Of a DNA stretch of 64,000 nt, positions 25,541 through 37,993 are shown piece after piece. Source of the DNA: Mobula hypostoma (lineage: Eukaryota); NCBI RefSeq assembly GCF_963921235.1, contig NC_086097.1, forward strand, positions 197,844,001-197,908,000, given 5' to 3'. The position numbers and the translations under genes are program-made. Positions within the stretch are counted from its first letter, which is position 1. Every line of letters begins with the position of its first letter. The notes beneath the pieces are model-generated. The model searched no databases. It saw only the letters and a program-made list of their open reading frames with translations, and had not been told where the DNA came from.

Positions 25541-25827
25541 AACTGAAGGAAGAGTGAGTAAGGGATTTGAAAGTGGGAGGGGGAGATCCAAAATGATAGG
25601 AGAAGACAGGAGGGGGAGGGATGGAGCCAAGAGCTGGACAGGTGATAGGCAAAAGGGATACGAGAGGATCATGGGACAGGAGGTCCGGGAAGAAAGACAA
25701 GAAGGGGGGGGACCCAGAGGATGGGCAAGGGGTATATTCAGAGGGACAGAGGGAGAAAAAGGAGAGTGAGAGAAAGAATGTGTGTATAAAAATAAGTAAC
25801 AGATGGGGTACGAGGGGGAGGTGGGGC

Positions 25828-27494
25828 ATTAGCGGAAGTTAGAGAAGTCGATGTTCATACCATCAGGTTGGAGGCTACCCAGACGGAATATAAGGTGTTG
25901 TTCCTCCAACCTGAATGTGGCTTCATCTTTACAGTAGAGGAGGCTGTGGATAGACATGTCAGAATGGGAATGGGATTTGGAATTAAAATGTGTGGCCACT
26001 GGGAGATCCTGATTTCTCTGGCGGACAGAGCGTAGATGTTCAGCAAAGCGGTCTCCCAGTCTGCGTCAGGTCTCGCCAATATATAAAAGGCCACATCGGG
26101 AGCACCGGACGCAGTATATCACCCCAGCCGACTCACAGGTGAAGTGTTGCCTCACCTGGAAGGACTGTTTGGGGCCCTGAATGGTGGTGAGGGAGGAAGT
26201 GTAAGGGCATGTGTAACACTTGTTCCGCTTACACGGATAAGTGCCAGGAGGGAGTTCAGTGGGGAAGGATGGGGGGGACGAATGGACAAGGGAGTTGCGT
26301 AGGGAGCGATCCCTGCGGAATGCAGAGGTGGGGGGAGGGAAAGATGTGCTTAGTGGTGGGATCCCGTTGGAGGTGGCGGAAGTTACGGAGAATAATATGT
26401 TGGACCCGGAGGCTGGTGGGGTGGTAGGTGAGCACCAGGGGAACCCTATTCCTAGTGGGGTGGCGGGAGGATGGAGTGAGAGCAGATGTACGTGAAATGG
26501 GGGAGATGCGTTTAAGAGCAGAGTTGATAGTAGAGGAAGGGAAGCCCCTTTCTTTTAAAAAGGAAGACATCTCCCTCGTCCTAGAATGAAAAGCCTCATC
26601 CTGAGAGCAGATGCGGCGGAGACGGAGGAATTGCGAGAAGGGGATGGCGTTTTTGCAAGAGACAGGGTGAGAAGAGGAATAGTCCAGATAGCTGTGAAAG
26701 TCAGTAGGCTTATAGTAGACATCAGTGGATAAGCTGTCTCCACAGACAGAGACAGAAAGATCTAGAAAGGGGAGGGAGGTGTCAGAAATGGACCAGGTAA
26801 ACTTGAGGGGAGGGTGAAAGTTGGAGGCAAAGTTAATAAAGTCAACGAGCTCTGCATGCGTGCAGGAAGCAGCGCCAATGCAGTCGTCGATGTAGCGAAG
26901 GAAAAGTGGGGGACAGATACCAGAATAGGCACGGAACATAGATTGTTCCACAAACCCAACAAAAAGGCAGGCATAGCTAGGACCCATACGGGTACCCATA
27001 GCTACACCTTTAGTTTGGAGGAAGTGGGAGGAGCCAAAGGAGAAATTATTAAGAGTAAGGACTAATTCCGCTAGACAGAGCAGAGTGGTGGTAGAGGGGA
27101 ACTGATTAGGTCTGGAATCCAAAAAGAAGCGTAGAGCTTTGAGACCTTCCTGATGGGGGTTGGAAGTATATAGGGACTGGACATCCATGGTGAAAGTAAA
27201 GCGGTGGGGGCCAGGGAACTTAAAATTATCGAAAAGTTTAAGAGCCTGAGAAGTGTCACGAACATAGGTTGGAAGGGATTGAACAAGGGGGTTAAAACTG
27301 TGTCGAGGTATGCAGAAACGAGTTCGGTGGGGCAGGAGCAAGCTGAGACAATAGGTCGGCCAGGACAGGCAGGTTTGTGGATCTTGGGTAGGAGGTAGAA
27401 ACGGGAAGTGCGAGGTGTGGGAACTATAAGGTTGGTAGCAGTGGATGGGAGATCCCCTGAGCGGATAAAGTCGGTGATGGTGTGGGAGACAATG
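25828..27494 (-). pseudogene. PLE RT-GIY-YIG ORF (5'-truncated, frameshifted)
   Basis: ORF 26256-27341 carries the PLE RT motifs; the endonuclease part continues in another frame to the stop near 25828. Confidence 0.9.
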
Positions 27495-28114
27495 AGGTTA
27501 CACTCATTTTGTCTCAGAAGGAAAACCAGACCTGGTTATTTGGTTTTAATTTGACTTCACTTCAAGATGATTATATTTGTAAATAAACAAAATCTTCTCA
27601 CAGAAATCTGGAAAGATAGTTGAGTAGTTGGTTATTCTCTTGATATTTTCATGATTTTCTCTACAAATGTAAAGTACAAAGCCTTGAATGCTGGAAAAAG
27701 GACGAAACTTATTCAAATTATCTTTTTCTTTGCTGTAATTATTTGTCTTTCTGAGCAGTTGGTACATAAAGATTTATTTTCCACTTTTCTATCTGAAGCT
27801 TGCAGCTGCAATTCACTAATTTAATTAGACCCTACATGGTTCACAGCAGTACTGACTTTCCCTGGAAACCAGAAAAATGAATCCCAGCCCAGCTGCAAGC
27901 ACATTTCATGCAGCCAAGACCACCTCCAAGTCAAAAGTCTACTGAAAACAGACAATGAGATTAGCCAAAACCCTGAAAGCCCAAGTGCCAAGGAGTACGC
28001 ATTAAAAATCATCTTGTCTCCAAGCAGTATTACAAAAGACCTGACACCTTATTTAATGTAGGAATTATAAATTAGTGAAGCCAAATTGAATTACAATTCC
28101 TTTTTCAGAACGAA

Positions 28115-28720
28115 TAAAGAATTTGCATTTATATAATGCCCTTAACACCCTTATTAGGATATTCCAAAATATATTACCACTATTGGAAGTGCTGTTGAAG
28201 TTGTACTGTAAAAATAGAGCAGAGGTTTGTATGTGGCATACAAAAATGTGAAAATGATCTAATTTTTATTTAGTAATATTGATTGAAGAATAAATATTAG
28301 CCAGGATGCTGGGAATGCCTTCCTTCCATCACATTCTGAAATTGTGGCAAAAAAAATTTCAATATCCACTTAAGAAAACAGATTTAACATCACATCAAAG
28401 AGAAAACACCATAAGACATAGGAGCAAATTAGGCCATTCAGCCCATCGAGTCTGGTCTATCATTCCATCATGGCTGATCCTGGATCTCACTCAACCTTAT
28501 ACATCTTCCTTCTCACCATATCCTTTGATACCCTGACCAATCAGGGAACTATCAACTTCTGCTTTAAATAAACCCATGGACTTGGCCTCCGCTGCAGTCT
28601 GTGGCAGTGCATTCTACAGACTCACATCACTCCCTCAATGCCAGTATTGATTTTGGTACTCAGGTCCCGAGAGTGGGACTTGACATAACCTCATGACTCA
28701 GAGGTGTGAATGCTAACAAA
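28115..28720 (-). mobile_element. Ancient DeuSINE-like (SacSINE1/AmnSINE1-type) element interrupted by a CR1 tail (~28410-28620)
   Basis: aaatattagccaggatgctggg..tatccacttaaga and ..ctcaggtcccgagagtgggacttga..tgactcagagg resemble the Deu domain and tRNA head as I recall them. Confidence 0.55.
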
Positions 28721-29274
28721 GGAGAGGTAACTAATACCTTTCTTAAATTAATGTGAAATAAATATAAATTAATGTGAAATAAATATATGAAAATTATGTG
28801 CTAAATGGTAAAATGAATACTTACATTAATTTATGTGATGTATGATGAGCAGTATGATCTTGATGCTTTAAGCAATAACTTGTATTCCTGTGATTGTTTG
28901 AACTATAAAGGCCATTATATCTTGTCTGGATGACAGTCTCAGAAACTGCCAGATAGGGAAACATTCATGCAAATAAAGCGTAACAAACTAAGATATTTTT
29001 AAACTGTATCAAATTTGTAATGCATTAGCCTGCTGAAAACAGAAAATGAGATAAACCAAAATCCTGCAAAGGCTAAGGAGTGTGCTCAAATCTGTGAATT
29101 TTATGACATCCAAAAGTTAGATTAACACTGTATAATAGATTGTCAATTAGTTTTACAGCTCTCATCCTACTTCCTCCAAGAAACTTAGTGCTTGTTGTCT
29201 TAAGCATACTTATCTTCCAACTTTCTTAATGTTCAGTTTCCCTGGTACCCAACAGAATAGCTGCAGTTGAAAAT

Positions 29275-29505
29275 TAAAGAATTGCAGATGCTGGAAATCT
29301 GAAATAAATAAAAATGCTGGAAACGTTCAGCAGGTTCACCAGCCACCTGTGAAATGAAAATCAGAATTAAACTTCCAGGTCTAATTTACCAGAATAGTTC
29401 CAATTCTGTGGAAGGGTTTGTTACTTGAAAGAGTAATTCTGTTGGTCTATCCACCAAAGTTAAGTACTTCCTGAAGTTCCTGAAGTTTCACATTTTATTT
29501 CAGAA
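29275..29505. mobile_element. Very old PLE-end mini-palindrome remnant
   Basis: tgcagatgctggaaatctgaaataa..tcagcagg at left; ..gaagggtttg..cttgaaa..ttttatttcaga at right. Confidence 0.5.
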
Positions 29506-29711
29506 TGGATATAATGTCTGCTTCCTGGAACTTTTCTAAAGCATGATTGAAGTGGGTACCAATGGGATTGAAATAAATCCAGCTGATTTATGTTATTTTC
29601 CATCCTCTTATGGGAAGAAGGTTAATCTCCAATTTAGTGTCTTCTGTTTTTTTTAACGATCAGGGTATCATCAGTAAGGTGAAAATTTATTGCCTGTCAC
29701 TAATTGCCTTT

Positions 29712-30573
29712 TTTTTAGTTTTCAAGTTCATAAGCATAACAACAATAGTGATACAAAGAGATTGGAATTACATTATTGGTAAGAAACATACACAAGAGAA
29801 ACTACAAATAGTAAAAGTGTGATAGACTTCCAAACTCTTAATATAATTAATCGTGAAGAGAAAATGATAAAAAGAAAAGGATATCACAAAGAAAACCCCC
29901 CCAAAAAAAACTAAAAAAGAGCTAAATTACTAAACCCAAAAAAAAACCAAACACAAGAAAACAGGGCTGAACCAATATATTAGGTCAAATACATTCATTA
30001 ATGTCGTCAGCTCTGCTCCTATATTCATATATTCTAAGTTAATAAAAAGGATTTGGAAAAGGTCAAACTACATCATATGAAAATGTTGAATAAATGTCTT
30101 CCAAGTCTCTTCAAATTTAAGCGAAGGATCAAAAATGACACTTCTAATGTTTTCTAAATTTAAACATGATATAGTTTGGGAAAACCATTGAAATGTGGTA
30201 GGGGGATTGGTCTCTTTCCAATTAAAAAAAAATGGACCTTCTGGCCATTAATGTAACAAATGCGATCATCCGACAAGCTGAAGAGGATAAAGATCTATGT
30301 TCCGTCATTGGCAAACCAAAATTTGCCATAATAGGATGGGGTTGTAAATCAAAATGCAAAACTGTTGAAATGGTATCAAAGATATCTTTCCAACATTTTT
30401 CCAAGAGAGGGCAGAACCAGAACATACGAGTCAAAGAAGCCACCTCAGAGTGACATCTGTCACAAATGGGATTTATATGGGAGTAAAAACGAGCTAGTTT
30501 ATCTTTAGACATGTGGGCCCTATGCACTACCTTAAATTATATCAACATATGTTTAGCACATATAGAGGAAGAG
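29712..30573 (-). mobile_element. L1/Tx1-clade LINE 3' fragment
   Basis: ORF2 C-terminal Cys motif CDRCHSEVASLTRMFWFCPLL; poly(T) at the left end; TSD CTAA(T/C)TGCCTTT at 29700-29711 and 30574-30585. Confidence 0.85.
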
Positions 30574-32605
30574 CTAACTGCCTTTGATGAAGTGGTGATA
30601 AGCTGCTTCCTGAACTGCTGAAGTACTTCTTGGGAAGGTATTTCCAGAGTTTTGTCAGTAGGGAATTCCAGCATCTAAGCCAACAATAATGGCAATATAT
30701 TTTCAAAGCAAAGTGGTGTGTGTTGGAATGGGGCAAGAGGGGCTAGCTGCCTGCAGATGGTATCCAGTGTGGCTATCAGAGTAACCTACGTTTTGAATCC
30801 AGTGCCACTGCACCTCATTGGTGAATTGAGAATATTTAGGTTGATAGATGGTGTTCTAATTAGTCTTCAAATTATCTTGGCTAGCAAAGAGAATGTAGTA
30901 AGCATTCAGTAGTTTTTGTAGTATCTTTGGAGAGAAAGGCAGAATCAATATTTTGTCAATCTTTCTTCACCAGAACAGGAAAAAAGGTGAGGAAAGATTT
31001 TTTTTCTACTGCGGGGAGGACTAAGAGAAGCAGAAGTTAAGCAGTTGGTGGAATTCAGAAGAAAAATTATTCAGATTAAGCAACATCTGTGAAGGGATTG
31101 ACTTCCATCCACTACAACCATTTTCTTTTATTTGGCATATGTCTCCAATCATTAGATTATTTTCCCTTTATGTTGTGTTCAGTTTACCACAACCCTTTAA
31201 CAGCATATTTTATCAAATACCAGCTTGCTGTGAAGGGCAAATTTACTTCCCTTCCCTTTGGAATTTACTTACAAGTAGGTCCACGTATGTATAAAGACTG
31301 TGAAGATGTCTGTAGTGGAGTCCAGAAGAACATAAGACATAGGAGCAGAATTAGGCCATCTGGCCCATCGAGTCTGCTCTGCCATTCAATCATGGTTGAT
31401 CCTTTTTTTCTATCTCCTCCTCTTCCTCGTTCCCAGTTCCCAGCCTTCTCCCCGTAACCTTTGATGCCATATCCAGTCAAGAACCTATCAGTCTCTGTCT
31501 TAAATACACCCAATGACCTGGCCTCCACAGCGGCATGTGGCAACAGATTCTACAAATTCACCACCCTTCGGCTGAAGAAATTTCTCCATATCTCTGTTTT
31601 GAAAAGGCACACCTCTATCCTGAGGATGTGCCCTCTTGTTCTGGACTCCCCCACTATGGGAAATATCCTTTCCACATCTACTCTGTCTGGGCCTTTCAAC
31701 ATTCGAAAGGTTTCAATGAGCTCGCCCCTCATTCTTCAAAATTCCAGCGAGTATGGACCCGGAATGATAACCCTTTCATTCCTGGAATCATCCTTGTGAA
31801 CTTCCTTTGGACCCTCTCCAATGCCAGCACTTCTTTTCTAAGATGAGGGCCCAAAACAAGGTGAGACCTCACCAGTACGTTATAAAGCCTCAGCATCACA
31901 TCCTTGCTCTTGTATTCCAGACCCCTTGAAACGAATAATAACATGGCATTTGCCTTCCTCACCACTGACTCAACCTGCAAGTTAACCTTCAGGGTGCCCC
32001 CCTGCATCTCAGGTTCTTGGATTTTCTCCCCGTTTAGAAAATAGTCCGTACACTTATTTCTACTACCAAAGCGTATGACCATGCATTTTCCAACATTGTA
32101 TTTGCCACTTCCTTGCCCATTACCAAATCTGTTTAAGCCCTTCTGCATTCTACCTATTTCCTCAACACTACCTGCCCCTCCACCAATCTTGGTATCATCT
32201 GCAAAATGACAACGAGGCCATCTATTCCATCATCTAAATCATTTATATGCAGTATAAAAAGAAATGGTCCTAACACCAACCCCTGCAGAACACCACTAGT
32301 CACTGGCAGCCAACCATAAAAGGATCCCTTTATTCCCACTCACTTCCTCCTACCTATCAGCCAGTGCTCTAACCATGTTAGTAACTTTCCTGTAATACCG
32401 TGGGCTCTTAACTTGGTAAGCAGCCTCATGTGTGGCATCTTATCAAAGGCCTTCTGAAAGCCCAAATATACAACATCCACTGCATCCCCTTTATCTATCC
32501 TACTTGTAATCTCCTAAAAGAATTCCAACAGGTTTGTCAGGCAGGATTTTCCCTGAAGGAAACCATGCTGACTTTGTACTATCATGTCCTGTGTCACCAA
32601 GTACT

Positions 32606-33433
32606 CAAGTCAAGTCAAGTCAAGTTAATTCACCTTTTATTATCATTTTGACCATAACTGCTGGTACATTACACAGTAAAAACGAGACAACGTTTTTCAG
32701 GACCATGGTACTACATGAATAATACAAAAACTAAACTGAACTATGTAAAACAACACAAAACTACACTAGACTACAGACAAAATAGTGCAGGCATTACAAT
32801 AAATAATAAACAAGACAATATGCACAGTAGAGGGCAGTAGGTTGGTGTCAGTCCAGGCTCTGGGTATCGAGGAGTCTGATGTCTTGGGGGAAGAAACTGT
32901 TACTTAGTCTGGTCATGAGAGCCCGAATACCTCAGTGCCCTTTGCCAGATGGCAGGAAGGAGAAGAGTTTGTATGAGGGGTGCGTGGGGTCCTTCATAAT
33001 GCTGTTTGCTTTACGGATGCAGCGTGTGGTGTAAATGTCTGTAATGATGGGAAGAGAGACCCTGATGATCTTCTCAGCTGACCTCACTATCCGCTACAGG
33101 GTCTTGCGATCCAAGATGGTGCAGTTTCCAAACCAGGCAGTGATGCAGCTGCTCAGGATGCTCTCAATACAACCTCTGTAGAATGTGGTGAGGATAGGGG
33201 GTGGGAGATGGACTTTTCTCAGCCTTTGCAGAAAGTAGAGACGCTGCTGGGCTTTCTTTGCTATGGAGCTAGTGTTGAGGGACCAGGTGAGATTCTCCGC
33301 CAGGTGAACACCAAGAATTTTGGTGCTCTTAACGATCTCTACGGAGTCGTCATCGATGTTCAGCGGAGAGTGGTCATTCCGTGTCCTCCTGAAGTCAACA
33401 ACCATCTCTTCTGTTTTGTTCACATTCAGAGAG
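32606..33433 (-). mobile_element. Rex1/Babar 3' fragment nested in CR1
   Basis: KTEEMVVDFRR..LGVHLAENLTWS..KKAQQRLYFL..FYRGCIESILSSCITAWFG; (CAAGT)n tail at 32606. Confidence 0.88.
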
Positions 33434-33697
33434 ATTCTATCACCTCATCCTTAACAATTGACACTTAACATCTTCCCAACCACTGAGGTCAGGCTAACTG
33501 GTCTATAATTTCCTTTCTGCTGTCTTCCTGCTTTCTTAAAGAGTAGAGTAGCGTAAGCAATTCTCTAGTCCTCTGGCACCATGCCAGAGTCCAATGATTT
33601 TTGAAGATCATTTCTTTTGCCACCACAATATCTAATGTGACCTCTTTCAGAACCCTAGGTGCAGTCCTTCTGGTCTGGGTGACTTATGTACCTTTGG

Positions 33698-35488
33698 GTC
33701 ATCTTATACACCTCTATCAGGTCACCTCTCATCTTTCGTCGCTCCAAGAAAAATAGGCTGAACTCAGTCAACCTATTCTCATTAAGTATGCTCCCCAATC
33801 CAGACAACATCCTTGTAAATCTCCTCTGCACCCTTTCTATGGTTTCCACATCCTTCTTGTAGTGAGGCGACCAGAACTGAGCACAGTACTCCAAGTGGAG
33901 TCTGACCAGGGTCCTATATAGCTGCAACATTACCTCTCGGGTCCGAAAATCAATCCCACGATTGATGAAGGCCAATGCACCGTATGCTTTCTTAACCACA
34001 GAGTCACCTGCACAGCAGCTTTGAGTGTCCTATGGACTTGGACCCCAAGATCCCTGTGATCCTCCACACTACCAAGAATCTTACCATTAATACTATATTT
34101 TGCCATCATATTTGACCTACCAAAATGAACCACCTCCATGTGCCACTTCTTAGCCCAGTTTTGCATCCTATCAATGTCCTGCTGTTACCTCTGACAGCCC
34201 TCCACACTATCCACAACACCTCCAACCTTTGTGTCATCAGCAAATTTACTAACCCATCCCTCCACTTCCTTATCCAGATCATTTATAAAAATCACAAAGA
34301 GGAGGGGTCCCAGAACACATTCCCGAGGCACACCATTGGTCACCAGCCTCCATGCAGAATACGACCCGTCTACAACTATTCTTTGCCTTCCGTGAGCAAG
34401 CCAGTTCTAGATCCACAAAGCAATGTCCCCTTGGATCCCATACCTCTCTACTTTCTCAATAAGCCTTGCATGGGGTACCTTGTCAGATGCCTTGCTGAAA
34501 TCCATATACACTACATTTACTGCTCTTCCTTCATCAATGTGTTTAGTCACATCCTCAAAAAAATCAATGAGGCTCGTAAGGCACGACCTGCATTTGACAA
34601 AGCCATGCTGACTATTCCTAATCATATTATGCCTCTCAAAATGTTCATAAATCCTGCCTCTCAGGATCTTCTCCATCAACTTGTTCGTCTATCATCATCG
34701 TCGATGAAGACCTCCATCAACTTAACGACTGCTGAAGTAAAACTTGCTGGTCTATAATTTCCTGGGCTATCTCTACTGCCTTTCTTGAATAAGGGAATAA
34801 CATCTGCAACCCTCCAATCCTTCAGAACCTCTCCTGTCCCCATTGATGATGCAAAGATCATCACCAGTGGCTCAGCAATCTCCTCCCTCGCCTCCCACAG
34901 TAGCCTGGTGTACATCTCGTCTGGTCCTGGTGACTTATCCAACTTAATGCTTTCCAAAAGCTCCAGCACATCCTCTTTCTTAATATCTACATGCTCAAGC
35001 TTTTCAGTCCACTGCAAATCATTCCTACAATCGCCAAGATCCTTTTCCGTAGTGAATACTGAAACAAAATACTCATTAAGTACCTCTGCTATCTCCTCCG
35101 GTTCCATACACACTTTTCCACTGTCACACTTGATGGGTTCTATTCTCTCACATCTTATCCTCTTGCTCTTCACATGTTTGTAGAATGCCTTGGGGTTTTC
35201 CTTAATCCTGTCCGTCAAGGCCTTCTCATTGTCCCTTCTGGCTCTCCTAATTTCTTTCTTAAGCTTCTTCCTGCTAGCCTTATGGTTTTCTAGATCTCCA
35301 TCATTACCTAGTTTTTTGAACCTTTCATAAGCTCTTCTTCTTGACTAGATTTACAACAGCCTTTGTACACCACGGTTCCTGTACCCTACCATTCTTTCCC
35401 TGTCTCATTGGAATGTACCTATGCAGAACTCCACGCAAATATCCCCTGAACATTTGCCACATTTCTTCTGTACATTTCTCTGAGAACA
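33698..35488 (-). mobile_element. Second CR1 subfamily ORF2 fragment nested in CR1
   Basis: RIKENPKAFYKHVKSKR..DKSPGPD..NYRP..QHGFVK; matches the + strand copy at 57300-59600. Confidence 0.88.
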
Positions 35489-37753
35489 AACATTCCTAAC
35501 TTAAGCTTTCAATTTCTTTTATTTCTTACATACTTGAAAAAGCTTCTACTATCCACTTTGATGTTATCTGCTAGCTTGCTTTCATATTTCATCTTTTCCC
35601 TTTTATTGATTTTCTTAGTTGCTGTCTGTAGGTTTTTAAAATCTTCCCAATCCCCTGTCTTCCCACTAATTTTTGCTTTGTTGTATGCCCTTTGTTTTAC
35701 TTTTACAATAGGTTTGACTTGTCAGCCACTGTTGTACTATTATGCCATTTGAGTATTTCTTCAATTTTGAAATACTCAAGTCCTGCACCTTCCTCATTTT
35801 TCCCTGAAATGCACACCAGTGCTGCTCTGCTGACATCTCTGACAGCAGCTCCTTCCAATTTACTTTGGCCAACTCCTCTCTCATACCACTGTAATTTCCC
35901 TTACTCCACTGAAATACTGCTGCATCAGTCTTTACTTTTTCCTTATCAAATTTCAAGCTTAATACAATCATATTGTGATCACTGGTTCCTAAGGGTTCTT
36001 TTACCTTAAGCTCTCTAATCACCTCCGGTTCATTACATAACAACCAGTCCAGTATAGCTGATCCCCTAGTAGGCTCAGTGACAAACTGCTCTAAAAAGCC
36101 AATTCCTAGGCATTCAACAAGCTCACTTTCTTGAGACCCATTACCAACCTGATTTTCCCAATCGATCTGCATGTAAAAATCTGCCACGATTACCATAACA
36201 TTGCCCTTTTGACTTGCCTTTTCTGCTTCCTGTTGCAACTTGTGGTCCACCTTCCAGCCACTGTTGAGAGGCCTGTATATAACTGCCATCAACATTCTTT
36301 TACCCTTGCAGTTTCTTAACTCAACCCATAAGGATTCAACATCTTTTGATCCTATGTCACATCTTTCTACTTATTTGATGCCATTCCTTACCAGTAGAGC
36401 CACACCACCCCCTCTGCCACCCTTCCTATCTCTCCAATATAACGTGTAACCTTGGACATTCAGCTCCCAACAACTATCCTTCAGCCACAATTCAGTGATG
36501 GTCAGAACATCATAACTGGCAATCTGTAATATTGCAAAGGATCATCCACCTTATTTCTTATACTACCTGCATTTAGATGCAACACCTTGAATACTGTATT
36601 TGCTGTTCTTTCTGACTCTGCATCTCTAATGTTTGATACTAAGCCTTTTGGTTGCAACTAAGACCCATCACCTTTCTGCCCTTCCTGAAAATCTCACTGC
36701 ATGCTATTTTACCTTTTTATCATCCGTCCTTTCCTGAGTCCTTTCACTCTGGGTTCCCCCCCCCCGCCCCAAGTTAGTTTAAATCCTCCCCAACAGCTCT
36801 AACAAACATGCCTGCGAGAACATTGGTCCCCCTCAGGTTCAGGTGCAACCCATCACTTTTGAACAGGTTATACCTCCCCCAGAAGAGATCCCAATTATCC
36901 AAGAACCTGAAGCCCTGCTCCCTACACCAGCTTCTCAGCCACGCATTTATCTGCCAAATCATCCTGTTTCTACCCTCACTGGTGCATGGCATAAGCAGCA
37001 ATCCAGAGGGAGGTCTTGCTTCTCAGCTCTCTAAATTCTCTTTTCAGGACCTCCCTCATTGCTCTTCCTTCCTATATCATTGGTTCCAATATGTACCAAG
37101 ACATATTCCCCCTCCCCCTCCCTCTCTAAAATGTTGTGGATACGATCTGAGACATACCTGACCCCGGCAGCTGGGAGGCAACATACCATCTGTGTGTCCC
37201 GTTCATGTCCGCAGAACTCCCCAGAGGTCATACCCCACAAAAGTATCCAAAGTGGTATGCTTGTTTTTGAGGGGAATGGCCACAGGGGTGCTTTGCTCTA
37301 ACTACCTATTTCTATTTCTCCTGACAGCCACCCAGCTACTCGCCTCCTGCAACTTAGGGGTGACTACTTCCCTGTAATTTTGATCAATTATATCCTCGTT
37401 CTCCCATACAAGCTGAAGGTCATCCAGATGCTGCTCCAGATCCCTAACACGGTCTTCAGGGAACTGCAGCTGGATGCACATCATACAGATGTAGTTCCCC
37501 GGGAGACTCTGGGTCTCCCAAGACTCCAACATCAGACACAAAGAGCGCACCGCAGCCATTTAAATGGTACAGTAAGAGAGGGGAAAGGAACAAAAAGGAA
37601 ACCTTAGCAGATGCTTTACACAGAGCCAACGTCTCTTCCGAGCTGAAGCCTCCTTTGTGCTAAAGCATGTCGCTTCTACTCTCGCCACCCCCACCAATGG
37701 CCTCCCTGACAATGGCCGCTCTGCATATCCCTTCTGTACTTTTATTTAGTTCA

Positions 37754-37993
37754 TAGAGCTCTGTTGACGCTGCTCATAGGCCATATACAATGGACAAACA
37801 CTCTTGAAGCTCCCTTTTTAAACAACTGCCACCGACCTGCGAGAAATCCCTCTTAGTAGAACTCTGTCGATGCCACTGTTAGGCCACGTACAATGGACAA
37901 ATGCTCTGAAAGCTCCGTTATTAAATAATCGCCACCGACCTGCGAGAGACCCTCTTGGTAGAGCTCTGTTGACGCTTCTGATAGGCCATGTAC
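37754..37993. repeat. ~102-bp tandem repeat (~2.3 units) at the CR1 5' end
   Basis: Units start tagagctctg/tagaactctg at 37754, 37857 and 37959; shared tacaatggacaaa and gccaccgacctgcgaga. Confidence 0.85.

Larger units (their letters stand above)
25442..27494 (-). mobile_element. Young 5'-truncated PLE, single orientation
   Basis: RT (DVQSLYT, GVAMGTRMGPSYA, RYIDD) through GIY-YIG and the 3' end. 13-bp TSD AGGTTACACTCAT at 25429-25441 and 27495-27507. Confidence 0.95.
31328..37750 (-). mobile_element. Near-full-length decayed CR1 (ORF1 zinc finger/coiled coil + SGNH esterase, ORF2 EN + RT) carrying nested insertions
   Basis: ORF1 pieces 37302-37559 and 36774-37240 (VHIGTNDI, DGLHLN); endonuclease 35666-36295 (IYRP, TEPTRG..LD, SDHN); RT pieces 31550-33690; tail aacataagacatagg at 31328. 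Confidence 0.88.

Noticed and set aside
28744..28787. 21-bp tandem duplication (TAAATTAATGTGAAATAAATA x2)
   Set aside because: Ordinary local slippage in AT-rich DNA.
37754..37993. CRISPR-like array
   Set aside because: Whole units are homologous with no unique spacers; eukaryotic context with no cas genes.
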